Assembly (NCBI GenBank): GCA_965215885.1
Contig: CBDCEW010000104.1
Span: forward strand, 128,001-192,000
From: Candidatus Moanibacter sp.
Lineage (GTDB): Bacteria > Verrucomicrobiota > Verrucomicrobiia > Opitutales > UBA2987
Direction: 5' to 3'
DNA length: 64,000 bases
The notes beneath the pieces were generated by a model. It was not told the DNA's origin and made no database searches. It saw only the letters and a list, made by a program, of their open reading frames with translations. Shown here in pieces: positions 51,456 to 60,930 of this stretch. Numbering within the stretch: the stretch's first letter is position 1; every line of letters starts with the position of its first letter. The position numbers were made by a program, and so were the translations under genes.

Positions 51456-52797
51456 ACCATGGGCTGAGTATTGGCCCAGTATACTGATATCCCCTTGAGT
51501 CGAAGGGATCTTCTGCCAGAAGCAGCGGTGTATCCAGATCCAGGATACTGATTCCACCAAGCCCGAGAACGAGAGAGAACGAACAGCCCATCGCCACCCG
51601 GGTCTCGATCATTCCACCGATCATCAGACCGATGCCATGCGCCTTACAGAGAGTCGCAATGTCTATCGTTTCAAATAGACCGCTCTTGGTGATCTTCAGA
51701 TTGATGATATCCGCTGCCCCTTGCTCAATAACCCGCAATGCATCTTCCAGAGAAGACACAGACTCGTCGGCTGCGATTGGAAAGGCGGAGTTCTCACGAA
51801 CCTTTCTTAGCCCGTCGATATCGTAACGATCGACCGGTTGTTCGAAGGCCTCCACAGTTAAATCGATCGTCTCCAATCTTTTCGTAAAAGCAATTGCCTC
51901 GGTGGAAGTATATCCCTGGTTCGCGTCAATAATCAGGGATACGCCAGGATAACGTTCCGCCAAAGCGATGACGCGAGCGGCATCCTTCTCGATATCCAAT
52001 CCCACTTTTAACTTAAATTTGCGAAACCCCTTTTCGTGCCACTTTTCAGCGATCTGGAGTGAATCGCCAACATCCCTGATCGGAATAGTGATGTCGGTCT
52101 CGTGATCCCTGACATCAGCGCCACCCCAGAGCGCCCACAGTGGCAGCCCGCACCCGCGACTGAACGCATCAACAATTGCCGTTTCAAATCCACAGCGTAC
52201 CGCCGCAAATCGCGGAATCCGTGATCGGATCTCAGTCGAAATATTTCGAAAATAAGCTGCAATGTTCCCGATTACGAAATCCGCGATGTCGTTGGCGGCG
52301 TTGAGGCTGTCTTCCAGGGTCTCACCGGTCAGTTCGGGAAACGGCGCTATCTCACCGTACCCGATGCACCCGTTCTCCAGTTTCAGGTTAACGATTAAAT
52401 TCCGCGCCACGGTTACTTCCCCTTTTGCAACGGTAAAGGCATCCATTAGCGGCAGATCGATCGGTGATACCTCAACATTGGCGATCGTGAAGTCACGAAT
52501 CGCCGCAGATTCCCCGAATTCCGCCCTGTCTGGAGGGGAAGTTAGCTTTTTACGGGTGTCGCTCAAATTGTCCCCCACTACATCGAATTCATCATTGAAG
52601 AAAGAGCCAACCAAAAACGGGACTGAGATTGTGAGAGCGTCGTGTAAAGCTAAATGAACGTCCTGAATTTTCTGAAGGAGTCGGGCGAGGGTCATGCCGT
52701 CGATTTCGATTCTGGTGCAAAACCGCTCGATTTGAATACCGCGACTACGTTCTTGCGAACGCGGAGGGTTTTTCACCAGAATCCAATTTTTGGACAA
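51415..52797 (-). CDS. Dipeptide epimerase (enolase superfamily) with N-terminal extension; start uncertain
   Basis: FKLKVG (KxK), DANQG, FEQP, ADES, INLKITKSG, DLD, PGLG. Confidence 0.88.
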   Translation of the reverse strand: MSKNWILVKNPPRSQERSRGIQIERFCTRIEIDGMTLARLLQKIQDVHLALHDALTISVPFLVGSFFNDEFDVVGDNLSDTRKKLTSPPDRAEFGESAAIRDFTIANVEVSPIDLPLMDAFTVAKGEVTVARNLIVNLKLENGCIGYGEIAPFPELTGETLEDSLNAANDIADFVIGNIAAYFRNISTEIRSRIPRFAAVRCGFETAIVDAFSRGCGLPLWALWGGADVRDHETDITIPIRDVGDSLQIAEKWHEKGFRKFKLKVGLDIEKDAARVIALAERYPGVSLIIDANQGYTSTEAIAFTKRLETIDLTVEAFEQPVDRYDIDGLRKVRENSAFPIAADESVSSLEDALRVIEQGAADIINLKITKSGLFETIDIATLCKAHGIGLMIGGMIETRVAMGCSFSLVLGLGGISILDLDTPLLLAEDPFDSRGYQYTGPILSPWYEPGLGLHKRTAD

Positions 52798-53045
52798 ATA
52801 CAGCGGCCGGTTTGCCGAAGTAGGGCGGCAGTAGGCGGCAAATGATCGTACCGATTGCTGCTTTTTCGTCGAGACTTTCAGCTACGAGTGTCAGGTGTCG
52901 CTATACGATAGTATTTGTCGCCGATAGATACTGAATTCATGTTGTGTGGCTGGGAAATTCAGGATTCGATATCTGGATCTAAACCAGTATTCTTGGCTAC
53001 TTGAGGCCGTGGGAATGGAAAAATAGAAGCAATTAGGAAAAGGTC

Positions 53046-53876
53046 ATGGCGCGTCCAACAATGAATTGGATTCTCATAAGTACGATCAACGTGATGATCC
53101 TTGGAATCGTGTTGTTGCAGGGTGGTTGCAGGTCAATCGACAAAGTTACACCAGAACGCAGCATTCAAAAAGCCTGGCTAAAAGAGGGTCAGATCGATGC
53201 TTTTAATAAGGCTCTTCACGATGCTTTCGATGAATGGAAGAATGAGGGAGAGAATAAAAGAGAGTTCTTTGAATATGAGATTCTTGGGCCGCGCACGATC
53301 TACTCAGGGAATGATAGCGACGAATATCATTGGGAGATTTCCCACCCGGAGTATGTAAACGTGGTTTTGGCTGCACCAAGCGCAGTTGAGCCAGTAAACG
53401 AAACACTTACAAAGGTGAAGGTTGTTTCAAAAGACGTAGAAAATATCCGGCAATTCTCAATACGATTAGTTTGGACTTATGAAGTTGAAAAAAGGTTTTT
53501 TTCAGAAGTAATTCAGGTTAAGAGCGGGGAAAGGCCAGAACAAAGTGGTGATATTGAAGCTTGGTTTCAAGTGGAAGACTTTGCGAATGCAAGAAAGCAT
53601 TTTGGCTTAGTCTTTGCTGAGACGTTTTACTGTATCAAAGTCTTCCTGAAAAATGGATATGATGTCCCAGTGCGCGTTGATGCGGGTTCAATTGAGCTGC
53701 CGATATTTTATATCTCCAAAATGAGCGAGGAAACTAAGGATCCATATTCTTATCAATTCGGTTATTATCGGCAGTTTCGGAGAGGAGTATTTGCTTTTGA
53801 GTATGATAATATCATTTACAGGGTGGAGTCCGCATTTCGTGTACCTATGAATTTCACAGCAATTATTAATACATTT
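53046..53876 (+). pseudogene. Hypothetical lipoprotein truncated by ISL3
   Basis: Hydrophobic leader ending LLQGGC; the frame runs into the IS end at 53877. Confidence 0.6.
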
Positions 53877-55359
53877 GCCTCGTCAGCAGAATCTGTGGGT
53901 TATTTCGGGTTCAGGCAAGTCGCCCATGGTATGAAATAGGGCGATCTTAAGCACTTCGAAGCTCTTAAAGCCGTATGCTTTTCTGATAGTGAGATTTATA
54001 TTGCGGTTAAAGCCCTCCACAATGCCGCAGGAAAAGGCCTTTTTGGCCCGAAACCAGTTGAGGATGAGCGGCTCGTGTTTGCGCACCGAGCGCACGAACC
54101 TTTTGATCGGTTTGAGGCGCGAACGCATGGCGCGCGTGCACCATTTTTTCAGATACCATTGGGCCCAGTAGGGACTTTTATAATGCCACAAGAGCTGAAA
54201 GCTCTCCTTTAGTAGATAGGCCCGCACGCTCTTCAGATCGTATTGGAGCACCTCCTTGAGGCGGATCTGTTGGGTGGGGGTGAGATTTTGCGGATTTTTC
54301 AAGAAACAGTATTTGCTTTTGACCAGCACGTTGATGTAGCCGTCCCGTTGCAATCGCCTGGCTTCCGCAGCACGAATCTCATTGAGGGCCTTGTTCAGGT
54401 TGGCTACCAAGTGGAAGCGATCGAGGATGTGCAGCGCCTGGGGTGCCTTTTTCTTGATCACTTTGAGGTAAGGCTTCCACAGATCCGAGCAGACGTAGAG
54501 GATCTGGCTGCTCTTTTGCGCTCCCAATTCCCAGAAAAAACGCAAGAGCGATTTTACGTTGCGCTTATTGAATACGCCCAATAGCCGCCGCCGCCCCTCG
54601 TCAAGCTGGTAGACCACGGTGAGATAGTGATGGCCTCGATGATACTGCACCTCATCGACTCCGATCGCCTCAATCCCGCTCATATCGCGCCGTTTGAGCC
54701 CCCAACGCACCATCGCCTCGACCGACTCGAAGACGTTGCGCCAGTTCGTGCGAAAAACCCTTGCCGTCTCTTCCCAGCTCAAGCGCCTCGCCCACTGGGC
54801 CAGAAACCATTGCATTGGCCAACTCAGATGACTCTTGCCCTTGGCCCAGGGCACCTCTTCGACCTTCACCCCGCACCGCCGGCAATTGACCCGCCGCATG
54901 CGGTAACGAAAATACACCTTCATCCCCCACAAGGGCACAAATTCAAAATGCCTCGCCTCGCTCATGTGGTCGTAGCCGCTGGCCGTCCGGCCACACCCCG
55001 AACAGCACACCCGACTATTCTTGCGCGGCTCAATCTGCACCACAATCGCCTCCTCCGATTTCACCATTTCCATACTCGCCTTTGCGTAAACAAAGCTCTT
55101 GAGCCAATAGCACCGATTCAGTAGCGTTTTGATGAGCACTGGGTCCTCCGTGTTCAGGATGTATTTTCGGTACTACTTTCATCCTCGGAACGGCCCGGTG
55201 CTTCAACCTTTCAATCCCATATGCAAAGAAAACACCGACCAGCCCCTCCGGCTGTGGAGGAGCGGGATTCAGGGCAGCGCCCTGACTTCTCCTTGTGCTC
55301 ACCGACTCTATTTCCTCTTGTAAGCGACGTTACCCACCCACAGATTCTGCTGTAGACCC
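53877..55359 (-). mobile_element. ISL3-family element; transposase 53883-55139
   Basis: CSGCG/CRRCG zinc ribbon, IGVDE, CSDLWKPY, LDRFH, VEGFN..AYGF; 24-bp TIRs sharing CAGCAGAATCTGTGGGT. Confidence 0.95.
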
Positions 55360-55422
55360 AAAAAATTAAGTTCTGATGGATTGTAGTTCAAACAGTCCCA
55401 AACATCTACATGATTTGCTTGT

Positions 55423-55899
55423 ATGTCAGAGGATGATAAGTGTAGCGAAGTAGAGTATTTCGATCCCGCCGCAACGGTCGCCGCTGTGATGTTTGAGGAG
55501 ATGGATGGACTGACTCATGTGCTGTTAACTCGAAGGGAGGGAGAGCCTTTTCGAGACATGTGGTGTTTCCCAGGCGGCCATATCGACAAATTCGAACAGT
55601 CTGATCAAGCGATCGATCGGGAGGTCCGGGAGGAAACCGGGCTCAGTTTTAGCGGGGAAACCTTCGGATCATTTGATGAGATTTTCCCGAGTCTTGGTAT
55701 TCACAACGTGGTTATTGCCTACGCGGGGAGAGGAACCGGTGAGCTTGTTGCGCAAGAAACAGAAGTTAGTGAAATCAAATGGGTTCCGCTGTCAAAGGCG
55801 CTTGAGATGGATTTGGCGTTTACACACAAAAAGGTGCTGGATGCGTTTATTCGTTGGCACATTCAAACTGCAACGCCCTCACATGGAGAAGAGAATTGA
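55423..55899 (+). CDS. NUDIX hydrolase
   Basis: PGGHIDKFE....AIDREVREETGL Nudix box, LAFTH. Confidence 0.92.
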   Translation: MSEDDKCSEVEYFDPAATVAAVMFEEMDGLTHVLLTRREGEPFRDMWCFPGGHIDKFEQSDQAIDREVREETGLSFSGETFGSFDEIFPSLGIHNVVIAYAGRGTGELVAQETEVSEIKWVPLSKALEMDLAFTHKKVLDAFIRWHIQTATPSHGEEN

Positions 55900-55975
55900 T
55901 TAGCGTGAGAATATTCAGCCGAATGTGAAAGGAACTCAGGAAAGCGTGACAATACGGAGGGATGAAGAAAGATAG

Positions 55976-56023
55976 CCCTTCGACGGTTCGACAAGCTCAC
56001 CGCAGGCAGAGCTCAGGACAGGC
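55976..56023. repeat. Nested TTCGAC..GCTCA REP-like hairpins
   Basis: CCCTTCGAC[GGTTCGACAAGCTCACCGCAGGC]AGAGCTCAGGACAGGC; relatives near 47303, 59088 and 61884. Confidence 0.7.
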
Positions 56024-56231
56024 CGCAAAAATGCGCAAGAAAAACGCAAAAACCTGACGGTATTGTTTTGCGCCTCTTTGTGGCAAAAATGAATCCAGCC
56101 GTGGTAAACTTCAACAGTGCGAATGTGAGGTTAACGCAGCGAAACAACGGAAACTGTGAACAATTCTGCTCTACACAAGCCGGCCTGCCTGCCTCCTTTG
56201 TGAGTGCGGTGATTATCTGCGAATAGGAAAT

Positions 56232-56660
56232 TTGGCCGGAATGGGAAAAATTGAAAACCCTGAGGTTGCTGCAGTATTCGATAACTACCCGGAGCGGATG
56301 CGTGAGAGACTGATGCTCCTTCGGCGGTTGGTTATTGATACAGCATCAGAGACGGAGGGCGTCGGCAGCCTCGAGGAAACGCTGAGATGGGGTGAACCGA
56401 GTTATCTGTCTAAGGGTGGTAGCACAATCCGAATGGACTGGAAGGAGTCCAAACCGGATCAATATGCCCTGTATTTTCATTGTAGAACAAGGCTGGTTGA
56501 AACGTTCAGGGAACTCTATGGTGGCATGTTCCGGTTTGAGGACAACCGGGCAATTGTATTTGATGAAGACGAGGAGATCCCAGTTAAGGAATTGAAGCAC
56601 TGTATTTCGTTGTCCCTCACTTACCATCGTAGAAAGCACCTGCCAATGTTAGGCGTATGA
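56232..56660 (+). CDS. DUF1801-family protein
   Basis: LEETLRWGEPSY, STIRMDWK, YFHCRTRLVETFR, F.FEDNRAI, LTYH. Confidence 0.85.
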   Translation: MAGMGKIENPEVAAVFDNYPERMRERLMLLRRLVIDTASETEGVGSLEETLRWGEPSYLSKGGSTIRMDWKESKPDQYALYFHCRTRLVETFRELYGGMFRFEDNRAIVFDEDEEIPVKELKHCISLSLTYHRRKHLPMLGV

Positions 56661-56663
56661 ATC

Positions 56664-57209
56664 ATGCGAACACTGGAGGTTCGAAGACATACCATGAGGA
56701 GTAAGCCGGGTGCGCATCTATCCCAGGACGGAATAGAGCTTGCCAGGCTCGTTGGCAGCACATCCGGTCCATTCAGCCTGGTGGTAACAAGCACGATCCC
56801 ACGGGCGGTAGAAACGGCAATCTCGATGGGGTTCGAAGTCCATGAGACTCTCGACGCCCTCGGACATCCCCTTAAAGATGAAGTCTTTGATGAAGTAGGC
56901 TGGCCAAGTCCCTTCGCTCTGGTTGCGCAGGCTGTAGCCTCGGGGGGGCAAGTTGCGAATTTCGCCGAAGAGCAAGCGAGGCTGTGGTGGAGTGTGGTGG
57001 AACGGATCCCGGATTCCCAACAAGCGCTTATTGTCACCCACGGATGTTTTGTGGAGCTAGGGGCGGTGGCAAGCGCGCCCGAGGCTGACCACGGAGCGTG
57101 GGGAGACGCAATCGGATACTGCGAGGGCGTACGGCTGAGCTATGATGGCGATTCTCGACACGGCCAGATTCTACGTGTGCCCGAGGAGTATCACCTGATT
57201 GAGAATTGA
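56664..57209 (+). CDS. Histidine phosphatase-superfamily-like protein
   Basis: LEVRRH, HLS..G...A, TS..PRA.ETA, LIVTHG. Confidence 0.7.
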   Translation: MRTLEVRRHTMRSKPGAHLSQDGIELARLVGSTSGPFSLVVTSTIPRAVETAISMGFEVHETLDALGHPLKDEVFDEVGWPSPFALVAQAVASGGQVANFAEEQARLWWSVVERIPDSQQALIVTHGCFVELGAVASAPEADHGAWGDAIGYCEGVRLSYDGDSRHGQILRVPEEYHLIEN

Positions 57210-57248
57210 ATCCATAGTCTCAATCGCCTTCGAAAGGGCGGAAATAAA

Positions 57249-57935
57249 ATGATCCGCGAAATCTGCTACTTCATTCGATACGGTCCGAGGATCAAAAGAC
57301 TGCAGGTAGAATTGGGTCTTGCTGAGTTCCTGAAGAGAGTTTCGAAGGAACTCGACGCCGATGGTTTCGACGAGCTCCGGACGAGCCTCGTGGGCGATCT
57401 CGAAGGGGATATTCTGGAAATCGGAACAGGTACCGGGGCGACGTTTCCCTATTACAAAGAGAATGCCAGGGTCACTGCGATGGAACCGGATGAGGAACTC
57501 TGTGCTGCGGCAGAGGAGGCCGCGAAGAGCGGTGTCGCCCAGATAGAGGTCATTTCCGGAGTGGGGGAAGACCTCCCTTTTGAAGAGGGAACCTTCGATG
57601 TGGTATGCGCTTCGAACGTCCTCTGCAGTGTCGACTCACCATCAAAGACCCTGGAGGAGTTTAAACGGGTCCTTCGACCAGGAGGGGAAGTCCGTTTGAT
57701 CGAACACGTCCGCAGTGAACATTGGCTGGCTGGGCCGCTGATGGATCTTTCTAACCCGGTTTGGCTCCGTTTAAACAAAATAGGCTGCAATCTGAATCGC
57801 AGGACGGTGGAATATGTTGAGACCGCGGGCTTCAAGATCAGATCGGTCGAGCCGTTCAAGATATATTCCAAGGCTGCGCCGGCGGCGTTCCCGGGGCGAC
57901 TCATTAAGGCTGAGCGACCGGGAGAAGAAAACTGA
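57249..57935 (+). CDS. Class I SAM-dependent methyltransferase
   Basis: ILEIGTGTG, EDLPFEEGTFDVV, RVLRPGG, IEHVRS, GCNLNR. Confidence 0.9.
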   Translation: MIREICYFIRYGPRIKRLQVELGLAEFLKRVSKELDADGFDELRTSLVGDLEGDILEIGTGTGATFPYYKENARVTAMEPDEELCAAAEEAAKSGVAQIEVISGVGEDLPFEEGTFDVVCASNVLCSVDSPSKTLEEFKRVLRPGGEVRLIEHVRSEHWLAGPLMDLSNPVWLRLNKIGCNLNRRTVEYVETAGFKIRSVEPFKIYSKAAPAAFPGRLIKAERPGEEN

Positions 57936-58190
57936 ATCCCGGCGCGCCGGGAGAAACAGAGGGAAACGGAGAGGAATGAGCGAAGAAAAATATGCCCACG
58001 GATGGCTCCGCAGTACCACGGATCTGCCGTAGAGCAGACTCTACGAGATTTAACTTGGTAATTCCCCGTTAGATGTGTGAAGTTTGCGGGTTAACGCCCC
58101 GCTTGACGGCGATAATTGAGTTCTGCATAACAGTAGACGCTCAAACTGACCATTATTCGTCTGTGCTCCATAGCGGCAGGTGACTCGTTC

Positions 58191-58691
58191 ATGGAGAAGA
58201 GAAACGTGAAAGAGAAAGCAGAACCCTCAGGAATCGGAGGATGGCTTATCCTGCCGATGTTGGGATTGATAATCACGCCGATACGCCTGGGACGGTTGTT
58301 GCTGACTATTTATGTCCCAATCTTCACTGATGGGTCTTGGGAGGTTTTGACGACTCCAGGAAGCGAGGCATACCACCATCTTTGGGCGCCCCTGTTGATA
58401 TTTGAAGTCGCCGGGAATATAGCATTTTCACTTTTTGCGGTAATCCTTCTCATCCTTCTATTTCGGAAGCACTATACACTTCCGAAATGGATGATCGTTT
58501 TCTACGCGACGAATCTTGCATTCGTTGGGATTGATTTGTTTGCGGCTAACTTCATTCCTGTTGTTGCAGCCGCACAGGATCCTGAATCATGGAGGGATTT
58601 GTTTGGAGGGTTAGTTGCGGCCGCTATTTGGATACCCTACTTTAAGAAATCGGTCAGGGTGCGGAATACTTTTACGAAAGGAATGGAATGA
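58191..58691 (+). CDS. DUF2569-family membrane protein
   Basis: GIGGWLIL, four hydrophobic helices, IWIPYFKKSVRVRNTF. Confidence 0.88.
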   Translation: MEKRNVKEKAEPSGIGGWLILPMLGLIITPIRLGRLLLTIYVPIFTDGSWEVLTTPGSEAYHHLWAPLLIFEVAGNIAFSLFAVILLILLFRKHYTLPKWMIVFYATNLAFVGIDLFAANFIPVVAAAQDPESWRDLFGGLVAAAIWIPYFKKSVRVRNTFTKGME

Positions 58692-58891
58692 TTGCGCCCC
58701 GAAAACGACGGGAGTCGATGGAATTTATCCTGGCTGGGCGATCGTTATATACGGAACGTGGGAAGTGTGATTTCTGCGGCAGGACTAACGCTCGCGTAAG
58801 AAGAGAAATCGAGACTGAGATTCCTTCAGTGGAGGGCTCTCGACTTGCCATGATTTGTGAAAGCTGCGACAAAGTGGCGGCCGCGGGTTAA
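58688..58891 (+). CDS. Small hypothetical protein with CxxC...CxxC
   Basis: ATGA overlap with the upstream stop; CDFC and CESC pairs. Confidence 0.45.
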   Translation: MIAPRKRRESMEFILAGRSLYTERGKCDFCGRTNARVRREIETEIPSVEGSRLAMICESCDKVAAAG

Positions 58892-59620
58892 GTAACGAAA
58901 CTGCGGGACAGAAGAGGGCTGCAGAGGGTCCTCGCGCAGCAGAGCCGCAACCAAGAAAGAAAAAGAGAACCGCAAATGGACGCAAATGAACGCGAATAAA
59001 GAGGAAGGCACCACGGATTCGAGCCGTCTTCGCTGCGCTGCGCCGTGCGATGGAAAACCGCAGATTTGATGAAGAGGGATTCCCAACGGTTCGACAGGCT
59101 CACCCGAACTCATAAACAGTGAGGAGATTCTTGATCGAATCGAGAAGGTAACTCGGAATACTCTGGTAACCTTGCATGCCTCGGCAAAGCAGAGCGACGA
59201 CGGGTCCCGAACCTCGCCCCGAACCTTGTCGGCCCCACAACTTGGAATACCAACATGTTACACTCCAAAACGTGTTCAAAAAACTAAGTTCTGACGGATA
59301 GTAATACAGAGCGACACTGAGAACTACCGAGGCACACTGAGCAGACCAAGGTGGACGAAGTGGAAAGGTTGCGGTGACCAGTAATCTTTTGGGGCCGTGG
59401 GCCTATGGAAGAGAAGAGGGCCCTTGTGCAGCGTAGCCGCCCTGCGACCCGTGGAGCGGGATCAGGGCCCTAAGCCTGCCGAACGTGCAACCAAAAAGAA
59501 GAAGAGAACCGCAAAATGCATAGAAGCTACGGGAAAAGAATCTGTTCCACCCTCCAAAGGATCCAAGGACCCAAAAAATACCATAGACAGGAGGCGGCAA
59601 TTGGTTAATCGTATTGCCTC

Positions 59621-60430
59621 ATGAAAACAGTCATCATCAATGCCGTAATTTCTATAGTCGTAGTTCTGCTGGCCGTATTTTCGGTGCTCGCCCATATTGA
59701 AGGCACCTATGCGACGAAAGATGAGTTGGTGCCTTTTGCGGAGAAGGAAGGGCTCACTCAATTTCTCACGGAGAGGGCGCTGGAGCCCTATGCCCGGAAG
59801 GAACAGCTGAAAGGATTGGCGCTCGATACGAACATTGCGGAAACGCGCGAGGATCTCAATGAGGTGATTGACGCGTTTAGTCAGTTGAAGGGTGAAGTGG
59901 CCGGCCTGAAGGCGCTTGAAGAGGAGATGGCTGTTCTGGAGAAGGCGCAGGGAGCGTTAGCGGGGAAGTTTGAGCGTCTCCCGGGCGCGGAGACGTATCA
60001 ACCTCCGGTTGGGGCAGTGATCGCTTCGCTCTTTTCGGAGAAGGAATTTCAATCGCAGTACGGTGAAGGTTGGGTAACGGCCGACGGGCGCGCCGTGGAA
60101 GGGAGTCGGTATGAGAAACTCTCCGGGAAGGCAAACATTCCGGATTTACGTGGAGTCTTTCTTCGGGGCAAGAACTACGACCGCGCCAAAGACAGCGGGA
60201 ATCCGGACGGGGATCTCACAGTGGGCACGTTTCAAACCGACATGTTCCAGCAGCATACCCACAGCTTTAATCGAGGTAAGGGCAGAGAGGGACCGTTGCC
60301 GTCCGTAGGCGAGGATGTCGGTATCGACGTCGGGAAGACACTCGGGGTGGATAGGACGAAAGGCATTCGTGTCGGCTTTGAAAACCGTCCGAGGAATGTG
60401 ACGGTGAATTTCTTTGTTCGGATAAACTGA
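59621..60430 (+). CDS. Membrane-anchored coiled-coil protein with C-terminal phage tail-collar-like domain
   Basis: N-terminal TM helix, heptad region, PVGAVI...GWVTADGR...IPDLRGVFLRG...GTFQTD...H.H...ENRPRNVTVNFFVRIN. Confidence 0.75.
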   Translation: MKTVIINAVISIVVVLLAVFSVLAHIEGTYATKDELVPFAEKEGLTQFLTERALEPYARKEQLKGLALDTNIAETREDLNEVIDAFSQLKGEVAGLKALEEEMAVLEKAQGALAGKFERLPGAETYQPPVGAVIASLFSEKEFQSQYGEGWVTADGRAVEGSRYEKLSGKANIPDLRGVFLRGKNYDRAKDSGNPDGDLTVGTFQTDMFQQHTHSFNRGKGREGPLPSVGEDVGIDVGKTLGVDRTKGIRVGFENRPRNVTVNFFVRIN

Positions 60431-60651
60431 CCGCGGATGACGCGGATTTACACGTATGAGAGAGGGGAGCTTGTTCAAACTTCCCATCGTGACGCATAAT
60501 CCATTCGGCAAGCTCATGGCAGGCTGTGATCTAAATTCGAAAGAGGAAAAGATCGACTGGAGATCACGATTGAGAGGCACGATAGGAAAGGTTCTCATTT
60601 TCTCTGTGCCCCTCTGTGCTTCTCGGTGTGCTCTGTGGCCTCTCTTCTGTC

Positions 60652-60921
60652 CTATTGCTCTGCCTCGTCGAGTTTGCGTTCGATCGCCTCTTTGAACCGG
60701 TAGAGGTTGCGGTCGGATTGCGTTTTTGAAATTCGGTAGTGGATGGCGAGGAAGAGGGTGAAGATCCACAAGAGCAGGAGGGCGTGATAGGGGAGAATTC
60801 GCTCGACCGGTGCGAAGAAATCGGGAGAGAGGAAATAGGGGAAGGCGGCAATGCCGAGGATAAAGATCGCGACTGCGATGGTGAAGATGATTCGGCGGTT
60901 GTCTTGTTCGGGCATAGTCAA
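60652..60921 (-). CDS. Small membrane protein
   Basis: Two hydrophobic helices and a charged tail; directly follows the SDR gene. Confidence 0.6.
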   Translation of the reverse strand: MTMPEQDNRRIIFTIAVAIFILGIAAFPYFLSPDFFAPVERILPYHALLLLWIFTLFLAIHYRISKTQSDRNLYRFKEAIERKLDEAEQ

Positions 60922-60930
60922 TAATAGTGG

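Noticed and set aside
59621..60430. Prophage
   Set aside because: No integrase, capsid, terminase or other tail genes nearby
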